Shown here: piece by piece, positions 20,515 through 29,574 of the stretch
How positions within the stretch are numbered: the first letter of the stretch is position 1
How the letters are laid out: every line of letters begins with the position of its first letter
Assembly: GCA_034435575.1 (NCBI GenBank)
Contig: DAOTXB010000550.1
Span: forward strand, 1-56,629
Direction of reading: 5' to 3'
DNA from: Anaerolineae bacterium
GTDB taxonomy: Bacteria; Chloroflexota; Anaerolineae; Aggregatilineales; Phototrophicaceae
DNA length: 56,629 bases
Translations under genes and position numbers: made by a program
The notes under the pieces: model-generated
Database searches by the model: none
What the model was told of the DNA's origin: nothing
The model's input: the letters and a program-made list of their open reading frames with translations, nothing else

Positions 20515-21153
20515 TCAAATCAACAGATGGTCTTCACCATCCAAACAACGTTTCGTAAGCACTAGGATCTTATGAAAATAGCGATCAATTGTTGGTACAA
20601 AATCATTTAAAGAGATCGAAACAGTTGATTGTCCTAGTCCAACTGTGGGCGCACTCATCTCAGATATTGTATGATCAAATAATCGCAAACCTGCATCAAC
20701 ATCCAGTGCGATCAACCCAGCAAGTTCTTCTTTCTGGTAGACATAATGCGCTAGTGGTTGATCGCAAATATAGAAAAACACGTCTGCAATTTCACGATCA
20801 ATCAAACCGTTATAGGTGTTTATGCCAACACGCCGTCCAACGGGTATCAAATCCTCGAAATTTACGACCAAGCCCAGTTCTTCTTCAATCTCTCGAATAC
20901 CATCATGCATCGTTTCGCCAGTTGCATAGTGTCCTGCCGCGCTGATGTCGAGAAATTCAGGGAAAATCTTCTTATTCGCGCTACGTTTTTGTGCAATAAC
21001 ATAATCTGTTCCGCTTTCATCACGATAGATCACCCAACAATGAAATACACAATGCCAATCGCCATCACGATGCACATCGTCACGCGCTTTGACACCTATC
21101 TTGTTTAGCGCCTCATCATAAATATCGAAATACTCAACCACGTATCGCCTCAA
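20515..21153 (-). CDS. Nudix-superfamily protein (YfcD/Idi-like), Nudix box one residue short
   Basis: GHYATGETMHDGIREIEEELGL resembles GX5EX7REUXEEXGU with 6 instead of 7 spacer residues. Start is uncertain (TTG 21153 or GTG 21141). Overlaps the trpF 3' end. Confidence 0.6.
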   Translation of the reverse strand: MRRYVVEYFDIYDEALNKIGVKARDDVHRDGDWHCVFHCWVIYRDESGTDYVIAQKRSANKKIFPEFLDISAAGHYATGETMHDGIREIEEELGLVVNFEDLIPVGRRVGINTYNGLIDREIADVFFYICDQPLAHYVYQKEELAGLIALDVDAGLRLFDHTISEMSAPTVGLGQSTVSISLNDFVPTIDRYFHKILVLTKRCLDGEDHLLI

Positions 21154-21793
21154 TAAATGCTCTGATCTTGTTGTGATTCTTCACATCCGGTTGGTCATCC
21201 TCTACACCACTAGCAACATCCACACCCCACGGTTGAATTTCCAAGACACGCCCTGCAACATTTTCAGGGTTTAATCCACCAGCCAACATCAAGCGAGGCG
21301 CCTCTGCTTTTACCGCAAGTGCGACTTCTGTACTCGTTTGCTTACCCGTTCCGCCGTATAGTAAGGGATGATAGGCATCCAGCAATATCGACGGCATACG
21401 TTCATTTGATGGAAAATGCGCCGCGAAATATTTGACATCTTCTAGCGCCATTTGTAGGTTCATTGGACGTATGCCTTTGAAGCCAATGCCTCGTAATTCA
21501 GCAATTAACTCAGCGGATTCATCGCCGCTCAGTTGCGCCGCATCTAACCCGACTTTATTGGTGATAATCGAGACATCGCTATCTGTGGGGTTCACAAACA
21601 CGCCGACTAACGCAGGACACGCATCACCAAATTCCTCTCGAAGGCGATCACAGATCATCTGAGCCTCATTAGGATCAATATAACGAGGGCTACGCTTAAA
21701 GAAATTGAATCCTAGCATATCCACACCGTTCTGAGCGCAAAAACGTGCATCATCGTAAGAGGTTAAACCACAGACCTTGACCCTAACAGTCAT
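21134..21793 (-). CDS. trpF: phosphoribosylanthranilate isomerase
   Basis: Has VKVCGLT. The ATG at 21793 is preceded by GAGGTG. The track uses the GTG at 21802. Confidence 0.9.
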   Translation of the reverse strand: MTVRVKVCGLTSYDDARFCAQNGVDMLGFNFFKRSPRYIDPNEAQMICDRLREEFGDACPALVGVFVNPTDSDVSIITNKVGLDAAQLSGDESAELIAELRGIGFKGIRPMNLQMALEDVKYFAAHFPSNERMPSILLDAYHPLLYGGTGKQTSTEVALAVKAEAPRLMLAGGLNPENVAGRVLEIQPWGVDVASGVEDDQPDVKNHNKIRAFIEAIRG

Positions 21794-21817
21794 ACATAAC
21801 ACCTCGTTTCCAACAAA

Positions 21818-22519
21818 CTAAATTCGATAATTGTCGTAATCTAGTATAGCGTGTTCGGCTTCACCCTCAATGTAGGTTTCAAGCAAGACAATCATATCAT
21901 TTAACGCGTTCTGAATATCGGTCCGGGAATTATCATGTTGCGCTTCGATTGTAATGACGACATTGTTTGTACGTGATTGCGCCGCACTTTCTGCGCTTTG
22001 TCGCCAGCACCATCGCCTTGCAACGACCAAACCTGTGTCGTCAGCAAATATCACCTCACCAACATCAGGATGATGTACTTCTTTTTCATGAAGCCCACAA
22101 TATCGTTCTGAACCATCTGCATATCGCACAGTGATTACGCCGTTTGTGGCATCTGTATCAAAAATCGCAACCGGTAACGCATAACGAATACTGATGAGAT
22201 TACCAATATCAACTAGCGAATTGATATGCGGTATGTATCCCTTCTTCCTCAATCGTCTTAGCAACGCTTCCGGCGCGCTACGATACTTCGTCGGTTCAAC
22301 ACCGAACTGTCGAAAAACCTTACGCCATGCAGTCAAAGAAGCAATTTCACTCAGCGCTTTCGTGCCAATACGTGCCATAACTGCGACTTGCTCCGCATTG
22401 TACGCGTCTTCTAATCCGTCTGGGTTTATGTCATTTTTGACATTACGAATTACGACAACCCCACTAACCAGATTAGGAAAGTCCTCAAGAATTTGCGAAG
22501 AATACTGAAAAGTCGTCAT
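21818..22519 (-). CDS. stand-alone B3/B4 domain protein (PheRS beta-subunit editing/tRNA-binding domain homologue)
   Basis: 233 aa. The pattern WRKVFRQFGVEPTKYRSAPEALLRRLRKKGYIPHINSLVDIGNLISIRYALPVAIFD matches solo B3_4 proteins as I recall them. Confidence 0.6.
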   Translation of the reverse strand: MTTFQYSSQILEDFPNLVSGVVVIRNVKNDINPDGLEDAYNAEQVAVMARIGTKALSEIASLTAWRKVFRQFGVEPTKYRSAPEALLRRLRKKGYIPHINSLVDIGNLISIRYALPVAIFDTDATNGVITVRYADGSERYCGLHEKEVHHPDVGEVIFADDTGLVVARRWCWRQSAESAAQSRTNNVVITIEAQHDNSRTDIQNALNDMIVLLETYIEGEAEHAILDYDNYRI

Positions 22520-22521
22520 GA

Positions 22522-23334
22522 TTACGCCCTACGTTGTTGGCTAAAAGCAGTAATCATCGCAGGCAAATCTTCGCCAGACTGTTGTGCTTTTACCAATGAT
22601 TCGCCCACCAACACGGCATGTGCGCCATGTTGCCCCATAAGCTGAACATCATCAGCATTACGGATGCCACTTTCTGCAATCAATGTGACGGTATGCGGGA
22701 CAAGTTTTGCTAGACGTGCAGTCGTCCCAAGATCAACATCAAAGGTTTTCAGGTCACGGTTATTAATCCCGATCAAAGAAGCCCCTAATTTAAGTGCCCG
22801 TTCCAGTTCAGTCTCATTATGCACTTCGACCAATGCGGACATATTGAGTGCCGTGATTTGAGCGAATAAATCTGACATTTGCGCGTCTTCTAGTGCCGCG
22901 ACAATCAACAAAATTGCATCTGCACCAGCCACACGCCCCTCGTTTACCTGATACGAGTCAATAATGAAATCCTTACGCAGAACAGGAATATCTACTGCTC
23001 CACGAACCTGCGACAGATAATCTAAATGCCCCTGAAAAAAGTCTACATCAGTGAGTACAGAAATCGCAGAAGCACCATTTTCTGAATATATCGTACCAAG
23101 TTGCACTGGATCGAAATTTTCGATTAGCACACCTTTACTCGGCGATGCCTTTTTGACTTCGGCAATTACGGCAACTGTTTCTTTGCTGAGTGTATTAGCG
23201 AAATTGCGGACGTTTGTAGTTGACTCTGCTTCTCGGCGTAAATCTAATGGTGTGTTGATAGCTTTACGCTCTGCAACCTCTTGCACCTTCCGAGCCAGAA
23301 TTTTGTCAAGAATGGTATTAGTTTTAACGAACAA
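22522..23334 (-). CDS. trpC: indole-3-glycerol phosphate synthase
   Basis: 270 aa with IAEVKKASPSKG. TTG start. Confidence 0.92.
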   Translation of the reverse strand: MFVKTNTILDKILARKVQEVAERKAINTPLDLRREAESTTNVRNFANTLSKETVAVIAEVKKASPSKGVLIENFDPVQLGTIYSENGASAISVLTDVDFFQGHLDYLSQVRGAVDIPVLRKDFIIDSYQVNEGRVAGADAILLIVAALEDAQMSDLFAQITALNMSALVEVHNETELERALKLGASLIGINNRDLKTFDVDLGTTARLAKLVPHTVTLIAESGIRNADDVQLMGQHGAHAVLVGESLVKAQQSGEDLPAMITAFSQQRRA

Positions 23335-23349
23335 AATCTTTTCCTCTTA

Positions 23350-24381
23350 TCACCCTGCTAGCTTCTGGCTATATTCGATGAACTTATCGAGTTTTTCTAC
23401 AGCCGCGCCATTATCGATGATTTCCCGCGCAATTTTGATGCCTTCCGTAATATCTGCAGCTTTTCCACCAACATAAATTGCCGCACCAGCGTTCAACACG
23501 ACCACATCACGCTTCGCATCTTGAATGTCACCGTTTAATACGCCGCGCAAAATACCAGCATTGGTGGGCGCGTCGCCACCCAATAAATCATGGATATTTG
23601 CTCCATCGAAACCATATTCGAGTGGGTCGAGCGTAAAACTGTTGACCGTGCCATTATTAAAGTGGCTGACCGTATTCGGTCCGGTGGTCGTCAGCTCGTC
23701 CAGCCCGCCGTAACCATTCACCACCATCGCAGAACGTGCTCCCAGCTCACCCAGTACATGCGCCAACAAATCCGTCAAATCCGGCGCAAATACGCCCATG
23801 AGTTGACGACGCGCCCCTGCGGGATTTGTCAACGGACCAAGAATATTGAAAATGGTACGAACACTCAGCTGACGACGGGGTCCAATGGCATGTTTCATGG
23901 CAGGATGCAATTTCACAGAAAAGAGAAAACCAATCCCGACTTCATCAACGCATTCACCGACCTGCTCAGGGGTTAAATCAAGATTTACACCCAATTCACC
24001 CAGCACATCTGCGCTCCCGCATTTGCTAGACGCAGCACGATTACCATGCTTGGCAACTGGAATCCCTGCACCGGCTGCAACAAAAGCAACCGTTGTGCTG
24101 ATGTTAAATGTTCCGGAACGGTCACCACCTGTACCACAGGTATCTAGCAAATTTGTACCAGCATATTTTGTAGGTACATGCACTGCATTCGCACGCATCG
24201 CCTGTGCACTCCCGACGATTTCCGCCTGAGTTTCGCCTTTCATCCGCAAACCCATCAAATAAGCACCAATTTGTGCTTCGGTTGCGTTGCCACCCATAAT
24301 ATTGTTCATTACGCCTTCAGCCTCTTCAGGGAGCAAATGCCCGAAGCGACCAATGACATCAATTGCGCGTTGTATTTCCAT
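23350..24381 (-). CDS. trpD: anthranilate phosphoribosyltransferase
   Basis: 343 aa. Has DTCGTGGDRSGTFNIST and KHGNRA. Confidence 0.95.
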   Translation of the reverse strand: MEIQRAIDVIGRFGHLLPEEAEGVMNNIMGGNATEAQIGAYLMGLRMKGETQAEIVGSAQAMRANAVHVPTKYAGTNLLDTCGTGGDRSGTFNISTTVAFVAAGAGIPVAKHGNRAASSKCGSADVLGELGVNLDLTPEQVGECVDEVGIGFLFSVKLHPAMKHAIGPRRQLSVRTIFNILGPLTNPAGARRQLMGVFAPDLTDLLAHVLGELGARSAMVVNGYGGLDELTTTGPNTVSHFNNGTVNSFTLDPLEYGFDGANIHDLLGGDAPTNAGILRGVLNGDIQDAKRDVVVLNAGAAIYVGGKAADITEGIKIAREIIDNGAAVEKLDKFIEYSQKLAG

Positions 24382-24403
24382 GTAAATCGTTATCCTTATC
24401 TTG

Positions 24404-24982
24404 CTATACTGCTAAAAATGTATTCTCGATAAAGTTCTTGAGCAAACGAGGACCATATTTTGTCAAAATGCTCTCTGGGTGGAATTGCACACCCGCCACC
24501 GGGTTTTCTCTATGACGAAACGCCATAATTTCACCATCTTCAGTAAAGGCTGTTACCATCAGACTATCTGGAATCGTGTCTTCTTCAACAATTAAACTGT
24601 GATAACGTGTTGCCTCAAAAGGACTCGGTATGCCATTGAAAAGAGGATCATGTTTGTGATAGATCATGCTGGTCTTACCATGCATCAGCCTATCAGCACG
24701 CGTGACCACACCGCCATAGGCTTGTCCAATGCATTGATGCCCCAGACAAACACCTAGAATTGGCGTAGATGCACCCATCTCACGAATAACGTCCAATGAA
24801 ACACCCCCGTCATCGGGTGTACCCGGTCCAGGTGAAACAACAATATGTGAAGGGTTGAGCTTTCTGATGTTCTCTAGCGATATTTGATCATTGCGAACAA
24901 CATGTAAGTCTGCGCCTATCTCGCCCATTTGTTGTACCAGGTTATATGTAAAGCTATCGTAGTTATCAATGACTAGGATCAT
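24404..24982 (-). CDS. trpG: anthranilate synthase component II (glutamine amidotransferase)
   Basis: 192 aa. Has GVCLGHQ and the HPES triad region. Confidence 0.93.
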   Translation of the reverse strand: MILVIDNYDSFTYNLVQQMGEIGADLHVVRNDQISLENIRKLNPSHIVVSPGPGTPDDGGVSLDVIREMGASTPILGVCLGHQCIGQAYGGVVTRADRLMHGKTSMIYHKHDPLFNGIPSPFEATRYHSLIVEEDTIPDSLMVTAFTEDGEIMAFRHRENPVAGVQFHPESILTKYGPRLLKNFIENTFLAV

Positions 24983-25644
24983 TTATCGTACTCCACTTCT
25001 GGCATATAGCGACTTTCCAAACCTTCAAGATGTGTTGTGTCGTTAGCCGCAGTTAATTTCCAAGTATTATCATCTTGACGTGTAATCGTTGTGACAGATG
25101 AATTACCAAAGGGTACTTCAGTAAGGTCACCACTTTCGATCAGTGTTTCAAGCAATACACGAATGGCAGTTGTATGTGTGATGACACCGATGTTAATAGC
25201 CGCATCCTCTTTATCCCACTCTTCTAAAATTTCATTAAAGGCTTCCGTGACACGCGCCCGGACATCATTACGTGATTCTCCGCCGCCATCAACACGGTAA
25301 TCATCTAATTTATTTAACATAGCTTCGTATTCATCAGGGTACCAGCTCCTTACCTCCGGCAAAATCATCCCTTGCCAATGCCCAATATGGCGCTCTCGCC
25401 AGCGTTCATCAAGTTTAGGCTCAAACCCCAAATTTTCCGCGAGGATTTCAGCAGTTTCTGCGGCTCGCTGTGTATCACTTGAATACAACATCCGTACGCC
25501 AAGATTTCTAATAAATCCTGAAAGGCGCTTCACTTGTTGTTGACCATGCTCATTAAGCGGTACTGCCACCCAACCTTGCCAACGTCCTAGCAAGTTCCAT
25601 TCAGTTTCGCCCGGACGAATAAACATGACTCGTTTTAATGCCAT
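24979..25644 (-). CDS. histidine-phosphatase (phosphoglycerate-mutase-like) fold protein with the RHG nucleophile His replaced by Pro
   Basis: 221 aa. FIRPGETEWN (codon CCG) stands where RHGET is expected. The other family positions (SSDTQRAAETA, ERHIGHWQG, ITHTTAIR) are present. Shares an ATGA overlap with trpG. Confidence 0.7.
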   Translation of the reverse strand: MALKRVMFIRPGETEWNLLGRWQGWVAVPLNEHGQQQVKRLSGFIRNLGVRMLYSSDTQRAAETAEILAENLGFEPKLDERWRERHIGHWQGMILPEVRSWYPDEYEAMLNKLDDYRVDGGGESRNDVRARVTEAFNEILEEWDKEDAAINIGVITHTTAIRVLLETLIESGDLTEVPFGNSSVTTITRQDDNTWKLTAANDTTHLEGLESRYMPEVEYDK

Positions 25645-25712
25645 CGTAAATCTCTCCTAATAAGGGGTATGTTGTCTATAGACATAACACCAAACGCCCT
25701 ACAATGCGAGGA

Positions 25713-27230
25713 CTACATAAGTCCATGTTCAGCATAATCAATTGCTACTGCGAGTGCCTTCGCTTTATTGATGCACTCGACATGCTCATTTGTCGGGTCG
25801 CTATCCGCAACAATACCCGCACCCGCTTGAATATAGACACGATCTTCTTTCATAATCAAGGCGCGAATAGTGATGCATGTATCCATTGATCCGTCCAAAC
25901 TAAAATAGCCTACCGCCCCGCCATAGGGACCGCGTTTTATACCTTCAAGCTCTTCGATAATCTCCATAGCCCGCACTTTTGGAGCGCCACTAAGCGTACC
26001 GGCAGGGAATGTTGCGCGGAACAAATCAAACGCATCCATACCAGCACGCACTTTTCCTTGAACCTGACTGACGATGTGCATAACATGGGAATACAGTTCA
26101 ATATTCATCATTTCCGTGACCTTCACCGTGCCATATTCACTCACACGCCCGAGGTCATTACGCCCGAGATCAACGAGCATAACATGTTCTGCCCGTTCTT
26201 TTGGATCAGCGAGTAAATCATCCGCTAATTCACGATCTTCTGCGTCATTTGCACCACGCTTACGTGTACCAGCGATTGGGCGTGTTGTGGCGATTCCATC
26301 TTCCATACGTACCATCATTTCTGGCGATGCACCCATCAACGTAAAACCTTGCCCAAAATTGAGGTAAAACATATATGGCGATGGGTTTAACGCTCGCACA
26401 GCGCGGTAAATCGCTAGTGGAGAAGCGACGGTACGACGTGTAAAGCGTTGTGATAGTACAATCTGAAAAGCATCACCTGCCGCAATGTATTCTTTGGCGG
26501 CACGCACGTTCGCTTCAAATTTTTCCTGTGGCATGTTGGAAACAAGCGATTCATTAAGAGGTTCTTTTGCAATTGGCATTGAAGGAAGCGGTTTACCTAA
26601 TGCAACAACGATTTGATCGATTCTACGGATCGCGTCTTGATACGCCGTTTGTGGATTATCCGTATCGTTGTAAGCATTTGCCATCACAATCAGTTGATGC
26701 TTAGCATGGTCAAAGATGACCAATGTATCCGGTAACATAAACGCCGCTTCCGGCAGGTCAAGATCAGAGGTGGACGTGTCCGGCAATCGTTCGAAGTAAC
26801 GCACAATGTCATAGCCAATATACCCCACTGCCCCTCCGATTAGACGGGGCAAACCATCAACATGTACTGGCTTATATCTGTCGAATTCTTGCTTGATGGC
26901 ATGTAAGGGGTCTTCGCCTTCTGTCAGCGAACGTTCTGTTGTCTCACCATCGACTAAGTGTGAAATAACATTGTTCTTGAAGGTAATTACGCCTTTGGGG
27001 TTCACGCCAATAAACGAATAACGACCAACTTGTTCGCCTCCTTCCACGCTTTCTAGCATGAAATAGGCATTGTGTGACTGAGAGAGCTTCATAAACACAG
27101 AAACGGGGGTTTCTAAATCTGCTAATAAACGACGATAAACCGGAACAAGATCACCCTGTTTGAATAATTCTTCAATTTCGTCGCGCCTTGGCTTGACATC
27201 GGTACGTTGTCTTAAGGTTGTGGTCACCAT
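25713..27230 (-). CDS. trpE: anthranilate synthase component I
   Basis: Has LSGAPKVRAMEIIEELE and GAGIVADS. The ATG at 27230 is preceded by GAGGAG. The longer track ORF (to 27359) runs through the T-box terminator. Confidence 0.93.
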   Translation of the reverse strand: MVTTTLRQRTDVKPRRDEIEELFKQGDLVPVYRRLLADLETPVSVFMKLSQSHNAYFMLESVEGGEQVGRYSFIGVNPKGVITFKNNVISHLVDGETTERSLTEGEDPLHAIKQEFDRYKPVHVDGLPRLIGGAVGYIGYDIVRYFERLPDTSTSDLDLPEAAFMLPDTLVIFDHAKHQLIVMANAYNDTDNPQTAYQDAIRRIDQIVVALGKPLPSMPIAKEPLNESLVSNMPQEKFEANVRAAKEYIAAGDAFQIVLSQRFTRRTVASPLAIYRAVRALNPSPYMFYLNFGQGFTLMGASPEMMVRMEDGIATTRPIAGTRKRGANDAEDRELADDLLADPKERAEHVMLVDLGRNDLGRVSEYGTVKVTEMMNIELYSHVMHIVSQVQGKVRAGMDAFDLFRATFPAGTLSGAPKVRAMEIIEELEGIKRGPYGGAVGYFSLDGSMDTCITIRALIMKEDRVYIQAGAGIVADSDPTNEHVECINKAKALAVAIDYAEHGLM

Positions 27231-27287
27231 ACGATCAAACTCCTCAAAATAATCAACACAAGATAGTGCGGATGAGTTGTGATGCGC

Positions 27288-27329
27288 TATAAAAACAAAA
27301 ACCCAACTCATCCACAAGGACGAGATGGG
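27288..27329 (-). terminator. T-box leader terminator
   Basis: Minus-strand CCCAUCUCGUCC..GGAUGAGUUGGG (12-bp stem with one mismatch and one G-U) followed by UUUUUGUUUUU. Confidence 0.8.
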
Positions 27330-27598
27330 AAATCTCGCGGTGCCACCTTGTTTCGGCAAAGGAACAACCTTTACCGCACTCAGTAGGGTACAGAATTATT
27401 TCGATACCCCGCGCTATGATAACGGTGCGCGTCCGTCACAGACTACTTAGAATTATCCTTTCGTCCATGCAACTCCCCAGCCCATTCTTCACCCCTGAGT
27501 GTATCGTCTTCACAGCAAGCGACGACTCTCTGAACACCATGGCGAGTAAATACTCTTCTGGATCAACGTTTTTAGCAATTATTGATTTGTCATTAACT
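27288..27598 (-). promoter_or_regulatory. T-box riboswitch, Trp specifier (UGG)
   Basis: Minus strand shows an AGAGAG bulge (27531..27526). The specifier-loop context GAAGAAUGGG has UGG at 27484..27482. The T-box sequence AAGGUGGCACCGCGAG lies at 27350..27334, immediately 5' of the terminator. Confidence 0.8.
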
Positions 27599-27605
27599 GT
27601 AAAAA

Positions 27606-27634
27606 ATCGTAACGCGAATATTCAATACTGTCAA
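27606..27634 (-). promoter_or_regulatory. putative promoter of the trp T-box leader
   Basis: Minus strand reads TTGACA (27634..27629), 17 nt, TACGAT (27611..27606). Confidence 0.5.
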
Positions 27635-27813
27635 GAGATTTCATAAAAACGATCCATAGACATGTATACGAGACGCAAAATCAAACACCGTCAAATATCT
27701 ATTTTTACAACTCACGCCACTGAATCTCAGTCGAATTCACTGATCCTTGATTTACACGAGAAGTTGCGGTTTACTAAACGAAATCGAACACATGAGCGAA
27801 ATGGACTTGTACC

Positions 27814-29574
27814 GTGAAAACTCTTACCAACCGCGAAATTGCCGATATTTTTGAAACAGTTGCTGATATGTTGCAAATTCGTGGTGACAATATTCATCGC
27901 GTATTGTCTTATCGTCGCGCATCAGAAACATTACGCGAGGTACCGCGTGATTTGCGGGTGATTGCGGATGAAAAGCGTCTAACAGATATCAATGGCATTG
28001 GCAAAACACTTGCAGAAAAAATCGAGGAAATGATCGAAACTGGCAACCTCGAATTCTACGAAAAACTCGCACAAGAAGTTCCTCCCGGTGTCGTGGATAT
28101 TATGCGGATTAATGGTGTTGGTCCTAAAAAAGCGAAACTTTTTTGGAAAGAACTCAACATTACAAGCATCGAAGCATTAGAAAAAGAGGCACGTAAGCAA
28201 GCGCTTAGGGCACTTTCGGGGATGGGTGCCAAGAGTGAGCAGAAAATCATTGATGGTATTGAGGCACTTGCACGCCAAACTGGACGCACTCGCCTTGGTG
28301 ATGCACTACCAGCGGCTCAAAAAATTCTCCGAATGTTGATGGCATTACCACAAGCTATTGACGGTGAGATTGCCGGTAGTATTCGTCGTGGTCGTCCCAC
28401 TATCGGGGATGTGGACATTCTGATTGCCACAGAATCACAATCGCATGCAGAACCCATTATGGAGGTATTCGTCAATATGGAGAATGTCGCCCGAATACTC
28501 GGTCATGGACCCACTAAAAGCTCGGTTGAATTGTTGACTGGTTTACAAGTTGATCTACGGATTTTAGAAAAGGCTCGTTGGGGCACTGCACTTAATTACT
28601 TTACAGGCAGTCAGGCACACAACGTAAGGATGCGTCAATTAGCCTTAGAAAAGGGCTTCAGTCTTAATGAACATACTTTTAGTCCAATAGGTGATGATGG
28701 CAATATTATAGAATCCGCGGAAAAAATTCTTTGCGATAACGAAGAAGCTGTCTATCAAACAGTCGGGTTAAGGTGGATTGCGCCTGAACTTCGTGAAGAT
28801 AATGGCGAAATTGAAGCCGCCAAAACGGATTCGTTGCCCGACCTGATCACACTTGATAATATACAAGCAGACCTCCACATGCATACCACATGGAGCGATG
28901 GCAAACTTTCGGTACAGCAAATGGCAGAAGAAGCCATCAAACGCGGGAGGAAATACATCGTCATTACTGATCATTCGCGAAGTTTGGGTATCGCAAATGG
29001 TTTATCCATCGAACAACTGTTAGAGCAACAGGAAGAAGTTCGCACAGTCAACGACAACTTTGGTAATGATTTCCATGTCTTTCATGGTACAGAAATGGAT
29101 ATTAACGCAGATGGTAGTCTTGATTACCCTGACGAGGTTCTGGAACAGTTAGATTTTGTCATTGCATCCTTACATGTGAGTCTTCGGCAAGATCGTACAA
29201 AAATCACCCAACGTCTCCTTAATGCTATAAAGAATCCGCACGTAGATTTAATCGGTCATCCACGCGCACAGCTAATCCCCTCGCGTGAACCCGTTGATGC
29301 TGATATGGATGCTGTTTTTGAAGCCGCAGCGGAACATAATACCGCGTTAGAAATCAATGCCAATCCACATCGATTAGATCTTGAAGCGCAATATGCCCGT
29401 CGCGCCGTTGAGATGGGTATCTACTTATCCATAAATACCGATGCCCACAGTGCAGAAGACATGGATTTGATGCACTACGGCATCACAACTGCCCGACGGG
29501 GATGGGTAGAAGCCCAGAATGTCATTAACACATGGACAGTTGAAAAGTTTATGACATGGCTAAAACAACGTTAA
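27814..29574 (+). CDS. polX: family X DNA polymerase with C-terminal PHP phosphoesterase domain
   Basis: 586 aa. Has an N-terminal Pol-beta-like HhH region, [16 protein letters not shown] and the PHP motif [14 protein letters not shown] start. Confidence 0.9.
   Translation: MKTLTNREIADIFETVADMLQIRGDNIHRVLSYRRASETLREVPRDLRVIADEKRLTDINGIGKTLAEKIEEMIETGNLEFYEKLAQEVPPGVVDIMRINGVGPKKAKLFWKELNITSIEALEKEARKQALRALSGMGAKSEQKIIDGIEALARQTGRTRLGDALPAAQKILRMLMALPQAIDGEIAGSIRRGRPTIGDVDILIATESQSHAEPIMEVFVNMENVARILGHGPTKSSVELLTGLQVDLRILEKARWGTALNYFTGSQAHNVRMRQLALEKGFSLNEHTFSPIGDDGNIIESAEKILCDNEEAVYQTVGLRWIAPELREDNGEIEAAKTDSLPDLITLDNIQADLHMHTTWSDGKLSVQQMAEEAIKRGRKYIVITDHSRSLGIANGLSIEQLLEQQEEVRTVNDNFGNDFHVFHGTEMDINADGSLDYPDEVLEQLDFVIASLHVSLRQDRTKITQRLLNAIKNPHVDLIGHPRAQLIPSREPVDADMDAVFEAAAEHNTALEINANPHRLDLEAQYARRAVEMGIYLSINTDAHSAEDMDLMHYGITTARRGWVEAQNVINTWTVEKFMTWLKQR

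Noticed and set aside
27231-27359. N-terminal 43-codon extension of the trpE ORF in the six-frame track (start 27359).
   Set aside because: The extension runs through the T-box terminator and U-tract. The ATG at 27230 has a GAGGAG RBS, and the protein from there (MVTTTLRQRT..) is of normal TrpE length.
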